Shown: positions 8,054 through 17,102, counted from the first letter of the stretch. The stretch is DNA of 32,105 nt from an uncultured Ruminococcus sp. (GCA_964463735.1 CAYXDB010000004.1:1-32105), one strand, 5' to 3'. The notes: generated from the letters alone by a model not told the origin. Program-made: numbers and translations.

Positions 8054-9400
8054 TCAGGCTTTTTCTATCTCCAGATACAGCACGGTGTACATCGGGCAGG
8101 AGAGGGTGAGTGCGCCGTTTTCATCCGGGGTAAGGGTCTCTGACCGCGGCGGGCAGGCCCCGTCCAGGCGATATTGCGTCACATGGCACGTCTCCCCACC
8201 GGGCAGTTCCAGTTGCAGGGCAAAGGGGGCCTCTTCCTTGCCTGGTACTCCGCCATCCTGATAGCGCGTCAGGAGGACGCCGTACCGCTCTCCGTCTGTG
8301 GCGGCACAGCCGTAGATCCCGGCGGGCAGGTCGGTCAGGGGCAGGGCTGTGCCCATGCGGTACAGGTTGCCATAGAAATAGAAGGGATAGTAGCCGGGGC
8401 GGCGCTGCAGGGTGTCGGTATCGAACAGACCGCAGTAGGAGGAGGGGCGCGCATCGTAATACATGAGCATGGATAGGGTCGATGCCTGCCCCGCGCACAT
8501 CACGGCGGTGGTAAAGGAGGCGCCCTTCTGCCCCTTGATGGTCTCGACCCCGCGGGTAAAGTCCTCGCCGATCCAGCCGCAGTTATAGTTCCACTCGTTC
8601 AGGATGGTCTCCACGCCGGTCATGCCGTATTGCGCCAGCAGGCGGTCATGCAGAGAGATGACGTAGCAGGCATCCTCCGGCGTGCGGCCGTAGAAATGGA
8701 AGGAGTAGAAATCCGGCCGGAGCCCCTGCGCCTGCAGGGCAGAGAACAGCTTGTGATGCAGGGAAGGCACGGCGCTGTCAAAGGACGGGCCACCGCAGAA
8801 GGCAGGGCCGCCGATCTTCAGCGTGGGGAAGGTCGTTTTCAGATAGGAAAGGGCCGTGCAGAAGAAGGTGACGAATTCTTCCTCCGTCCCCTGCCAGCAG
8901 GGGTTGGAACCGTCCGGATTCACGCAGTCCGGCTCGTTCCATATCTCCCAATAGGTGATGCCGTAATGGAAGCCGTTGGCCCACCCCTCATTGTAGTGGC
9001 GGATGATGTGGGCGCAGATCCGCGCCCATTTGGCAAAGTCGGAGGGGGGGAAGGTGCCGTGCTTGATCCCGTGCTCGATCGAGGCGCCCAGCCGGTAGAA
9101 TACGTGCGTCCCGCAGGCCTCTGTGCGTGCCACGTAGGCGTCTGTTGCGCGGAAATCATAGGAGGCAGGATCGTATTCGTTGCGGGAGAAATCGCGGAAT
9201 ATACGGTGCACGTCTACCGTGTCCTCCCCGCCGTAGCCGGAATAGAAAGAGGCATCGTGGTTGCGTGCGTAGGGGATCCCCGCCGCGCAAAATGCCTCGT
9301 CATTCCCCGTGCCACGCACGGCAGAGCCGCCGGGGCCGTTGTTGACCGCATGCATGGGCTTGATTTTTCCGATTTCTGTGGTACAATGTAAAGTAGCCAT
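8054..9400 (-). CDS. glycoside hydrolase family 39-like (clan GH-A) enzyme
   Basis: KIKPMHAVNNGP, ARNHD, FYRLGASIE, acid/base WEIWNEPD, KIGGPA, DFYSFHFY and nucleophile LNEWNY. No signal peptide. GAAAGGA RBS before ATG 9400. Confidence 0.82.
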   Translation of the reverse strand: MATLHCTTEIGKIKPMHAVNNGPGGSAVRGTGNDEAFCAAGIPYARNHDASFYSGYGGEDTVDVHRIFRDFSRNEYDPASYDFRATDAYVARTEACGTHVFYRLGASIEHGIKHGTFPPSDFAKWARICAHIIRHYNEGWANGFHYGITYWEIWNEPDCVNPDGSNPCWQGTEEEFVTFFCTALSYLKTTFPTLKIGGPAFCGGPSFDSAVPSLHHKLFSALQAQGLRPDFYSFHFYGRTPEDACYVISLHDRLLAQYGMTGVETILNEWNYNCGWIGEDFTRGVETIKGQKGASFTTAVMCAGQASTLSMLMYYDARPSSYCGLFDTDTLQRRPGYYPFYFYGNLYRMGTALPLTDLPAGIYGCAATDGERYGVLLTRYQDGGVPGKEEAPFALQLELPGGETCHVTQYRLDGACPPRSETLTPDENGALTLSCPMYTVLYLEIEKA

Positions 9401-9461
9401 AAGGGTATAGTTCCTTTCCGTTGCCGTGGCAACCATAAAATACCTGTTGGGAGGGGTAGAA

Positions 9462-10313
9462 ATGGTGTACAGTATGCAGTTCCCCGTCATCCGGGATCTG
9501 GCCGTTTCTTATTATGTCTGTCAGGACCCCACCGTTTGTGACGCGCGGGTCTATCCGCCGCATGTGCACGATACGCTGGAGGCCTATGTGCTCTTAGAGG
9601 GGGACGTCTCTTTTTCGGTGGAGGGGACCGTGTATCCTTTGCACCCGGGGGATATCCTGCTCTCCCGCCCCGGGGAGATCCACCACTGCATCCTGCGGGG
9701 GCCTTCGGTACACCGCCATATGTGCTTCTGGTTCAACCCCGCGCCGGAGTTCCTCTTTGCCGGTCTGTTGCATCCCACATTGCCCGGGCACACCTGCCTC
9801 AGCCCGCAATTGCGCGACCGGGAGCGTCTTGCCGCCTTGGGGCAGGAGTGGGAGCGTGCCAGCCAGGCACAGGATCAGGCAGAGGAACTGACCCTGCTAT
9901 TGGAACTGCTGTCAATCCTGCGGCGCTCCTCTCCTGCCGTACAGGGGGAGACCCCGGTGCCCGAGAGCCTGCGCGCCGTCATGCGGCAGATGGAACGGGA
10001 GTATGCCACCATACAGAATCTGGATGCGCTGGCGGCACAGTTCTTCATGAGCCGCAGTACGCTGGATCGCCTCTTCCGCGCCTATCTGCACATCACGCCG
10101 CGGCAGTATCTGGAGGACCGGCGCATGGCAGGCGCCTGTATCCTCCTGCAACAGGGGCACCCCGTATCTGCGGTGTGCACGGCCGTAGGGATGGCCGACC
10201 AGAGCCACTTTACGCGTCAGTTTCGGCGCCGCTTTGGGATAACGCCGTCGCAGTATCGCCACGCGGCCCCCGTGGAATACGCCCGATCACCGTATACAGA
10301 TACAGTAAAATAA
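9462..10313 (+). CDS. AraC family transcriptional regulator with cupin sensor domain
   Basis: Cupin motif PHVHDTLE...PGDILLSRPGEIHH and C-terminal AraC HTH (AVGMADQSHFTRQFRRRFGITPSQYR). GGGAGGGG RBS before ATG 9462. Confidence 0.92.
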   Translation: MVYSMQFPVIRDLAVSYYVCQDPTVCDARVYPPHVHDTLEAYVLLEGDVSFSVEGTVYPLHPGDILLSRPGEIHHCILRGPSVHRHMCFWFNPAPEFLFAGLLHPTLPGHTCLSPQLRDRERLAALGQEWERASQAQDQAEELTLLLELLSILRRSSPAVQGETPVPESLRAVMRQMEREYATIQNLDALAAQFFMSRSTLDRLFRAYLHITPRQYLEDRRMAGACILLQQGHPVSAVCTAVGMADQSHFTRQFRRRFGITPSQYRHAAPVEYARSPYTDTVK

Positions 10314-11544
10314 GTAAACACAGCACCAGTCCGATGGCCGACAGGACCTGCTGGGCATAGACGGACAGACCAAGGAACTGGTTGCCGCAGGATTGGATAT
10401 AACTGACCAGCGGACTGACGAGCAGGGTGGTCAGGAACCCGAGCAGGCCGGTCAGGGTATTCTTGATGGCCAAGGCACCGGTGCGTTGGTCCGCGGGGAC
10501 GAAATCGTAGATCAGATTGATCTCCCCACTGTTGATGCCCCCCATGCCCAGGGCGTGGCAGATGTAATAGAGCGGAAAGAGGATGTGCCCATTTTCCGGC
10601 GTGGTGCATAGACCAAAGAGGTATCCCACCGCTTCCAGGGCAAAGCAGATGATCAGCATGTGGGAAAAAGAGGTGCGGTCGGCCAGGCGCCCCAGGGGGT
10701 GGGAGACCAGGGCGCGGCTGATGCTGTACAGGGCGGCGAGCACCGCCACGAAGGTCAGGGAAAATCCCAGCTCTTTGATCTGCCAGGTGCCATAGAAGGG
10801 GGTCGTGGCGTAGTTGGTGATGCTCCACAGCACGCTCAACCCTGTGACGGCGAGAAAACGGCGGTCGCGCAAAAGGGCTAGGGTGGTGCGGCCGGCCCCT
10901 TTCGTTTCTGCCGCGCGGGGCGGTGCCTCACGGGAGAACAGGAGCGTCAAGGTGTGTGCCACCGTCAGGAAAAGGAGGGTCAGGGCGCCGCAGACGAAGG
11001 CCAGATCGTCCCGCCCGATCGCATAAAAGTGGTCGCTGATCTGCCCCATTACGAAGGAGAAGACCATCCCACCGAGCAGGGAAACGATCTCTTTGGTGGC
11101 GGTAAAGCGCCCGCGCCGGTCGTCCGGCACCAGCGACATATACCAGTTGATCTTGGGGGAGTTGATGAGGTTGTTGCCGATGTGCCCCAGCAGCAGCAGG
11201 GCGATGAACACGCCCACCTTCACCCCCTGCGTGGCTGGGAAGAGCGGCACCGCATACAGGAGCGTAAAGCACAATTGGTTCAGTATGTGGATCAGGGTGA
11301 CCCAGCGCCGGACCGGCTTATCCGGTCTGCGTAACAGTGCCAGCAGCTGGAACCCCAGCCCCAGGGATACGAAGGCGGAGAGGATGCCGGTCAGCGAATC
11401 GCTCATGCCGATGGCGTCCGTCAACTTGGCAAGATAGGCCGAGGTGACCATCAAACTGATAAAATATTCAAAGGCCGCCTCCAGGATATAGAGCACGCGG
11501 GTGCGTGCATACGGGTCGCGCGGGGTGCTTTTTGCCGGTTCCAT
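10210..11544 (-). CDS. MFS transporter
   Basis: About 12 hydrophobic segments, MFS loop motifs VPDDRRGRF and LGRLADRTS. GAGGAG RBS. Confidence 0.88.
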   Translation of the reverse strand: MEPAKSTPRDPYARTRVLYILEAAFEYFISLMVTSAYLAKLTDAIGMSDSLTGILSAFVSLGLGFQLLALLRRPDKPVRRWVTLIHILNQLCFTLLYAVPLFPATQGVKVGVFIALLLLGHIGNNLINSPKINWYMSLVPDDRRGRFTATKEIVSLLGGMVFSFVMGQISDHFYAIGRDDLAFVCGALTLLFLTVAHTLTLLFSREAPPRAAETKGAGRTTLALLRDRRFLAVTGLSVLWSITNYATTPFYGTWQIKELGFSLTFVAVLAALYSISRALVSHPLGRLADRTSFSHMLIICFALEAVGYLFGLCTTPENGHILFPLYYICHALGMGGINSGEINLIYDFVPADQRTGALAIKNTLTGLLGFLTTLLVSPLVSYIQSCGNQFLGLSVYAQQVLSAIGLVLCLLILLYLYTVIGRIPRGPRGDTATALSQSGAETDA

Positions 11545-11777
11545 CGTGTCTCCTCGTTTTCCTGCGGTGCCCGGTGGCGACAGAAGATCGCCCCCGGCAC
11601 GGTTTTTCTCTATTTTAGCATGGCTAGCAGGCCGGTTTTATGCGTTTTCGGTCAAAAAACCTGTTTTTTTGGGCAGATGCCCCGCGGGCATCCCGTCTCT
11701 TTTGTTGCATGATGCCCGCACGGGGCCGGGACGTGAAAAATCTTTCGTTCCCCACAGAAAAAGAGCCGATAAAGTGA

Positions 11778-11806
11778 TTGACAAACCGCGCGTTTCCGGC
11801 TATAAT
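11778..11806 (+). promoter_or_regulatory. sigma-A promoter of pgm
   Basis: Perfect TTGACA-17 nt-TATAAT. Confidence 0.85.
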
Positions 11807-11858
11807 ATATGGTGTGTTTTTATGATGAAATGTGTCGCATGGGCAAGGAGGAACAGAT

Positions 11859-13553
11859 ATGCAACAGCAGAGAACGCAACAGGTCTATCAGGAATGGCTC
11901 GCACACGCGGTGGCCGATGCAGAGGTGGCCGCAGAACTGCGGGAAATGGCAGACGATACGGCAAAGATCCAGGATGCCTTTTATTGTGATCTGGCATTCG
12001 GCACGGCCGGTTTGCGCGGGATCATCGGGGCGGGCACGAACCGTATGAACGTGTATACCGTGGCACGCACCACGCAGGGGCTGGCCGACTATATCCTGGC
12101 GCACTATGCGCCGCAGGAGCGCCGCGTCGCCATCAGTTATGACTCCCGTATCAAGTCGGATCTGTTTGCCCGCACAGCGGCCGAGGTCTTTGCCGCCAAC
12201 GGGATGGAAGTCTGGCTGTATCCGGAGCTCATGCCCACGCCCTGCCTCTCTTATGCCGTGCGGGAACTGCATTGCGCGGCCGGCGTCATGGTCACGGCGT
12301 CGCACAATCCCTCCGCCTATAATGGCTATAAGGTCTACGGCGCCGACGGTTGCCAGATCACAAGTGAAGCGGCCGACGATATCCTGGGCCGCATCCAGCG
12401 CCTGGATACCTTTGCCGATGTCCGCCACACCGATTGGGAGGCGGCCGTCCGGGAAGGGCGCGTGCGCTATATCCCCGATGACCTGACAGAGCGCTTTGTG
12501 CGCGAGGTGCTCTCCTGCTCGATGCTGGAGGAAGGGGAGCAGATCCGGCGCGACGTCGCCATCGTTTATTCTCCCCTGAACGGCACGGGGTTGAAGCCGG
12601 TGTTGCGTGCCCTGCAGGCGGCGGGCTTCACCCGTGTGACGGTCGTGAAAGAACAGGAACAGCCGGATGGCAATTTCCCCACCTGTCCTTATCCTAACCC
12701 CGAGATCAAGGAGGCCATGGCGCTGGGGATGACCTATGCGGCGCGCGAGCAGGCCGACCTGCTCCTGGCCACCGACCCGGATTGCGATCGTGTGGGCATC
12801 GCCGTGCGGAACAAGGCAGGCGAGTATGTGCTCCTCTCCGGCAATGAGACTGGCCTGCTGCTGCTGGATTATATCTGCGCCAAGCGGATCGCCGCCGGTC
12901 GTATGCCGCAGGATCCCGTGCTGGTCAAAACGATCGTCACGACTGACCTGGCCGACCGCATCGCCGCCTCTTATGGGGTCCGCACCGTGAATGTCCTGAC
13001 GGGCTTTAAGTTCATTGGTGAGCAGATCGCACTGCTGGAAAAGGCCGGCCACCCGGAGTCCTTTATTCTGGGGTATGAGGAAAGCTATGGCTATCTGACC
13101 GGCACCTATGTCCGGGATAAGGACGCGGTCAATGCCTCCTTCCTGATCTGCGAGATGTTTGCCTATTATCAGACACACGGGGTCAGTTTGCTGGAAAAAT
13201 TGGAGGAGATCTATCAGCGCTTCGGCTATTGCCTCAATTCCATGCATGCCTATACCTTCGCCGGTGCCGCCGGGTATGATAAGATGCAGGCGATCCTTTC
13301 CGCTTTGCGCGGGGATGTGACGCACATCGGCCCCTACGCGGTGGAAACGTGTCTGGACTATGCCAAGGGGCTGGATGGCCTCCCCACCTCCGACGTGTTG
13401 AAGTTCCGTCTGGCGGGCAACCACTCTGTGGTGGTGCGCCCCTCCGGGACCGAGCCGAAGATGAAGGTGTATGTATCGGTCAGCGCGCCGGACCGCGCCG
13501 CGGCCGCCGAGGCAGAAAAAGCCCTCCTCTCCGGCATAGAACAGTATCTGTGA
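11859..13553 (+). CDS. pgm: phosphoglucomutase/phosphomannomutase (alpha-D-phosphohexomutase)
   Basis: FGTAGLRG, phosphoserine motif TASHNP, metal loop DPDCDR, GYEESYG and RPSGTEPK. AAGGAGG RBS before ATG 11859. Confidence 0.95.
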   Translation: MQQQRTQQVYQEWLAHAVADAEVAAELREMADDTAKIQDAFYCDLAFGTAGLRGIIGAGTNRMNVYTVARTTQGLADYILAHYAPQERRVAISYDSRIKSDLFARTAAEVFAANGMEVWLYPELMPTPCLSYAVRELHCAAGVMVTASHNPSAYNGYKVYGADGCQITSEAADDILGRIQRLDTFADVRHTDWEAAVREGRVRYIPDDLTERFVREVLSCSMLEEGEQIRRDVAIVYSPLNGTGLKPVLRALQAAGFTRVTVVKEQEQPDGNFPTCPYPNPEIKEAMALGMTYAAREQADLLLATDPDCDRVGIAVRNKAGEYVLLSGNETGLLLLDYICAKRIAAGRMPQDPVLVKTIVTTDLADRIAASYGVRTVNVLTGFKFIGEQIALLEKAGHPESFILGYEESYGYLTGTYVRDKDAVNASFLICEMFAYYQTHGVSLLEKLEEIYQRFGYCLNSMHAYTFAGAAGYDKMQAILSALRGDVTHIGPYAVETCLDYAKGLDGLPTSDVLKFRLAGNHSVVVRPSGTEPKMKVYVSVSAPDRAAAAEAEKALLSGIEQYL

Positions 13554-13565
13554 TCAACGCCCGCC

Positions 13566-13593
13566 GGGGGCCGTGCCACGCACGGCCCCCTTT
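13566..13593 (+). terminator. terminator after pgm
   Basis: GGGGGCCGTGC-cac-GCACGGCCCCC followed by TTT. Confidence 0.6.
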
Positions 13594-13637
13594 CGCCCCC
13601 TCTTCCGTGGCGTGAGGCCACGAAAGAGGTGCGCCTT

Positions 13638-13686
13638 AAAAAACAAAAGGACCAGGGCCATGTGGTGACCTTGATCCTTTTTTGTT
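13638..13686 (-). terminator. imperfect hairpin terminator for the oxidoreductase gene
   Basis: AACAAAAGGA...TCCTTTTTTGTT imperfect inverted repeat flanked by A/T runs. Confidence 0.5.
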
Positions 13687-13735
13687 ATTCGGCAGGGCCC
13701 TATCCGGGGGGCATGCCATGGGTGGTGGGGCTATG

Positions 13736-14836
13736 TCAGCGCTGGGCCTTGTAATCCGGCACGGCATAACGGCCGAAGGTGCGCTTGTGCGGGAAGTCCA
13801 CCGGGGCACCCAGACGGTCGGAGGCGAAGGCGGCCTCCATGATATACATATCATACAGCATCTGTTCGTGCGTGACGTACTGTTCTTCCAGCCCGTCCAT
13901 GGCGCGCACAAAGTTGCGATAATAGTCATGCACATCCGGTGTGGGGCGGGGGATGGTGTGCGTGGCGATGGTCTTTTCATCGCGGGGGGCCATCGTCCGG
14001 GTCAGGCCGCCCGGCGTGATGACCGGCTTGACATCCTTTTCATCCCAGTTCTTGCAGCAGACCACGCGGCATTCATCCTGCCAGTCCTCCACGATCGCGC
14101 CGCCGTTGGTACCGGTGACGTAGAAGCGGGGGAGGGAAATGAAGTTAGACGTCCCCACCTCGATGCGGGCCGTCAGACCGCCCTCGTAGAACAGATCCAG
14201 TTTGAAGCCGTCATCCACCTCAAAATTCGTGATGTGGTTGCAATGGCAGAACACGCGCTCGATCTCCCGGTCGGAGACGATGCCCACCATCTGGTCGATC
14301 AGGTGGACGCCCCAGTCATAGATCATGCCGCCGCCATGCTCCTTGTGGCCGCGCCAGTCCCCGGGGATACCGCGGGAGCCGTGATAGCGGGATTCGATAC
14401 AGGTGACCTCACCCATATCACCGCTCTCGTATACCTCTTTGGTCATCAGATAGTCGCAGTCCCAGCGCCGGTTCTGATGGACGGAGAAGATGCGCCCTGC
14501 GCGGCGTGCGGCGGCGATCATATCTTCCAGATCAGAAGACGACATCGTGACCGGCTTCTCCGATATCACGTGCTTGCCGGCTTCCAGCGCCGCGATGACC
14601 AGTGGCTTATGTAACTCATTGGGGGTGGCGATCAGCACGAAGTCCACGGTGGGGTCGGCCAGCACCGCCTCATAACTCTCATAGGCGGGGATGCCGTTCT
14701 GCTTGGCCAATGCGATCTTCTGCGGGTCGATATCGTATATGCCGGCCAGATGCACCACATCACTCTTCAGATAGTGGTTGACATGCCAGGAACCCATGTG
14801 GCCGTAACCGATGATAACACCATTTTTCTTTGCCAT
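13736..14836 (-). CDS. Gfo/Idh/MocA family NAD(P)-dependent oxidoreductase
   Basis: GVIIGYGHMG Rossmann motif, IATPNELH, GKHVISEKP, VHQNRRWD and GGMIYDWGVHLIDQ. GGAGG RBS. Confidence 0.93.
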   Translation of the reverse strand: MAKKNGVIIGYGHMGSWHVNHYLKSDVVHLAGIYDIDPQKIALAKQNGIPAYESYEAVLADPTVDFVLIATPNELHKPLVIAALEAGKHVISEKPVTMSSSDLEDMIAAARRAGRIFSVHQNRRWDCDYLMTKEVYESGDMGEVTCIESRYHGSRGIPGDWRGHKEHGGGMIYDWGVHLIDQMVGIVSDREIERVFCHCNHITNFEVDDGFKLDLFYEGGLTARIEVGTSNFISLPRFYVTGTNGGAIVEDWQDECRVVCCKNWDEKDVKPVITPGGLTRTMAPRDEKTIATHTIPRPTPDVHDYYRNFVRAMDGLEEQYVTHEQMLYDMYIMEAAFASDRLGAPVDFPHKRTFGRYAVPDYKAQR

Positions 14837-14873
14837 GTTCTATTCCTCCTGCGGATATGTTCTTTTCGATACT

Positions 14874-14902
14874 AGTATATAATGCGTGCCGCTTTTTGTC
14901 AA
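14874..14902 (-). promoter_or_regulatory. sigma-A promoter of the oxidoreductase gene
   Basis: TTGACA-17 nt-TATACT on the minus strand. Confidence 0.75.
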
Positions 14903-14951
14903 GAAATTTACCGCAAAAAGCAAAAAAGAGCAATAAAATATCAGAATTGTT

Positions 14952-14980
14952 TTGACAAAGCAGGCACAGTGTGCTACAAT
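14952..14980 (+). promoter_or_regulatory. sigma-A promoter of trmB
   Basis: TTGACA-17 nt-TACAAT with extended TG. Confidence 0.75.
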
Positions 14981-15014
14981 AAAAAAGATATCAGGATAGG
15001 TGGGATAAGATCTT

Positions 15015-15689
15015 ATGAGAATGAGGAAAAAGAAGAACGGTGCCGCACGCCTCCAGGCCTGCGCCCCCATGATGCGCCCCTGCCCGGACACGCCCATTGC
15101 CACGGCGGAAGTGGACTTTGGCCGCGATGCGCCCCTGCATCTGGAGATCGGATGCGGGAAGGGGGGATTTGCCTGCGCGATGGCCGCGCGCCACCCGGAG
15201 GCCTGCTTTTACGCGCTGGAGCGCGTGTCGGACGTCATGGTCCTGGCGGCCGAGAAGGCCATGCGGCAGCGTGAGGAGCGCCCGGCGGACAACCTGCGCT
15301 TTATCTTAGCGGGGGCGGGGGATCTGATGCAATATTTTGCCCCGGCGTCGCTAGACGTGATCTATTTGAATTTCAGCGACCCATGGCCGAAGAAGGGGTA
15401 TGCCAAGCGCCGCCTGACGCACCGCGCCTTCCTGCAGGTGTATTTTCAATTGTTGAAGCCGGGCGGGCAATTGCGCTTCAAGACCGACAATACCGGACTT
15501 TTCGACTTCACGTTAGAAGAACTGGAAGCACTGGGTCTCTCTCCCGTTTTTGTCACGCGGGATCTGCACCACACCCCGGAAAATGCCGAAAACGTCATGA
15601 CAGAATATGAAAAGAACTTTTCCGAACAGGGGATGCCCATCTGCTCGCTCCATGTCCTTGCCCCGGCATCGCCCCTGTCCCCCGTGTAA
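15015..15689 (+). CDS. trmB: tRNA (guanine(46)-N7)-methyltransferase
   Basis: MRMRKK start, LEIGCGKGGF, YLNFSDPWPKKGYAKRRLTH, FKTDN and VMTEYE. Confidence 0.96.
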   Translation: MRMRKKKNGAARLQACAPMMRPCPDTPIATAEVDFGRDAPLHLEIGCGKGGFACAMAARHPEACFYALERVSDVMVLAAEKAMRQREERPADNLRFILAGAGDLMQYFAPASLDVIYLNFSDPWPKKGYAKRRLTHRAFLQVYFQLLKPGGQLRFKTDNTGLFDFTLEELEALGLSPVFVTRDLHHTPENAENVMTEYEKNFSEQGMPICSLHVLAPASPLSPV

Positions 15690-15698
15690 AAACAAGTG

Positions 15699-15941
15699 GG
15701 GCTGTCTCATCCAGACAGCCTCGTAGTCTTCCGGACTCCCTTCGGGAGTGGAAAGGCACAAAAAACAGGCCTTCCTCCCGGAGGAAGGCTACGGGGACAC
15801 CGTTCGCTTCGATCGCTGTATCCCGGAGGAAGGCCTATGTTATGCGGCCTTAATAAAAAATCAAGATCATCCGCGTGATGACCTTGATTTTTTTTGTTGT
15901 ATTTTTATGGTTCTATCTCAAGACCCCATTTGCTACAGCCC
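15699..15941. mobile_element. candidate non-autonomous (MITE-like) structured intergenic element
   Basis: Bounded by inverted GGGCTGT...ACAGCCC. Contains several hairpins and a duplicated CCCGGAGGAAGGC. No transposase. Confidence 0.3.
15855..15893. terminator. bidirectional terminator-like hairpin between trmB and galM
   Basis: AAAAAATCAAGATCATC-cgcgt-GATGACCTTGATTTTTT with one mismatch. Confidence 0.75.
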
Positions 15942-15962
15942 TTGATTTGGCCTTTTGCAGGG

Positions 15963-16964
15963 TCAACGGTGGGAGAAACAGTAAGCCGTGCAGGGGGAGA
16001 AGGTCTCACCGGCTCGCAGAATGCCCTCGTTGTGATGGATGGCATCCGGCTCATATTGTGTCTCCAGGCAGATCGCATGCTGGCGCTCCGGCGCCACACC
16101 GTATTTGAAGGTGGGCTCACTGCCAAGGAAATTCCCGCTGTATACCTGGATGCAGGGCAGATCGGTGTAGCAGTCGATCTGATAAGAGGAGGAACGGAGG
16201 GTCGCCGCGCGATAGAGCGTCTTGTCGCCCACCTTCTTTTCTTCCGTCTGGGTGATGAAGAAGTTGGTATCGTATCCATCCACGCCGTCCTGGCCCAACC
16301 GCTCTCCGATCGCGTGGAAGGAGCGGAAATCGTACGGCGTGCCGGTCACGTCCTGGTGCTCCCCCGTGGGGATGAGTGCATCATCCACCAGCGTGATGCG
16401 GTCGGATGATAGTTGCAGCTCCTGTTCCAAAACAGAGCCGGAGCCGATGCCGTTGGCATTGAAATAGGTGTGGTTGGTCAGGTTGATGGGCGTGTCGGCA
16501 TCGCAGGTCGCCACATAGGACATCACCAGCGTGTCTTTGTCGAGGCGATAGACCACGGTCAGGTCCATGTCGCCGGGATACCCCTCTTCGGTAGACGGGC
16601 TGTGATGAGAGAATGCGATGGCATCGTCACTGTATGCCGTGACGTTCCACAGCGTCTGGCCAAATGTGCCATGCAGGTGGTTCTCGCCATCGTTGGGGGT
16701 CAGGCGGTATTCCTGCCCGTTGAGCGTGAAGGACGCGCCCTTGATACGGTTGGCCACCCGCCCGACAAAGGCCCCTTGGGAACTGTTGTCGGCCAGGTAG
16801 CCGTCCAGCGTGTCATAGCCGCAGGCAAAGTCCACACCGTCAAACAGGATCGCCTGGATGCGGCAGCCGTAGTCGGTCACTCTGACCGTCAAGATGTCAT
16901 TTTTCAGTGTGTAAAGGTAAGCGGGGCGCCCATCGGGGCACTGGCCGAAAAGCGTTTTTTCCAT
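15963..16964 (-). CDS. galM: aldose 1-epimerase (galactose mutarotase)
   Basis: GRVANRI, NHLHG, NLTNHTYFN, GYDTNF and ICLETQ. Start taken at ATG 16964 behind AAAGGA; ATG 16976 is an alternative. Confidence 0.93.
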   Translation of the reverse strand: MEKTLFGQCPDGRPAYLYTLKNDILTVRVTDYGCRIQAILFDGVDFACGYDTLDGYLADNSSQGAFVGRVANRIKGASFTLNGQEYRLTPNDGENHLHGTFGQTLWNVTAYSDDAIAFSHHSPSTEEGYPGDMDLTVVYRLDKDTLVMSYVATCDADTPINLTNHTYFNANGIGSGSVLEQELQLSSDRITLVDDALIPTGEHQDVTGTPYDFRSFHAIGERLGQDGVDGYDTNFFITQTEEKKVGDKTLYRAATLRSSSYQIDCYTDLPCIQVYSGNFLGSEPTFKYGVAPERQHAICLETQYEPDAIHHNEGILRAGETFSPCTAYCFSHR

Positions 16965-16998
16965 AGATAGGTACATCCTTTCTTTTTTATGCCCTTAT

Positions 16999-17027
16999 AG
17001 TATAACAGGTGCGGGCGGAAAAGTAAA
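16999..17027 (-). promoter_or_regulatory. sigma-A-like promoter of galM
   Basis: TTTACT-17 nt-TATACT with extended TG on the minus strand. Confidence 0.5.
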
Positions 17028-17073
17028 GTCTTTTTGCAAAACTCCTTGCCGGAAATTCTCTGCGTTGCAGGAA

Positions 17074-17102
17074 TTGACATCCGCACCGAATGCGTGTATA
17101 AT
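17074..17102 (+). promoter_or_regulatory. sigma-A promoter
   Basis: Perfect TTGACA-17 nt-TATAAT. Confidence 0.85.

Noticed and set aside
11612-11643. sigma-G-like motif (GCATA-16 nt-CATGCTA) upstream of the MFS gene
   Set aside because: The spacing is short, and an extended sigma-A -10 (TGcTAAAAT) explains the site equally well.
11676-11719. GATGCCC/GGGCATC inverted repeats between MFS and pgm
   Set aside because: Short and GC-rich; they cannot be told apart from chance without comparative data.
11820-13424. 534-aa minus-strand ORF opposite pgm
   Set aside because: Shadow ORF caused by codon bias on the coding strand.
15690-15960. 6S RNA, tmRNA, SRP RNA or T-box riboswitch
   Set aside because: I found no tmRNA tRNA-like ends, SRP core, T-box motif or long 6S-type rod, and there is no co-oriented downstream gene to regulate.
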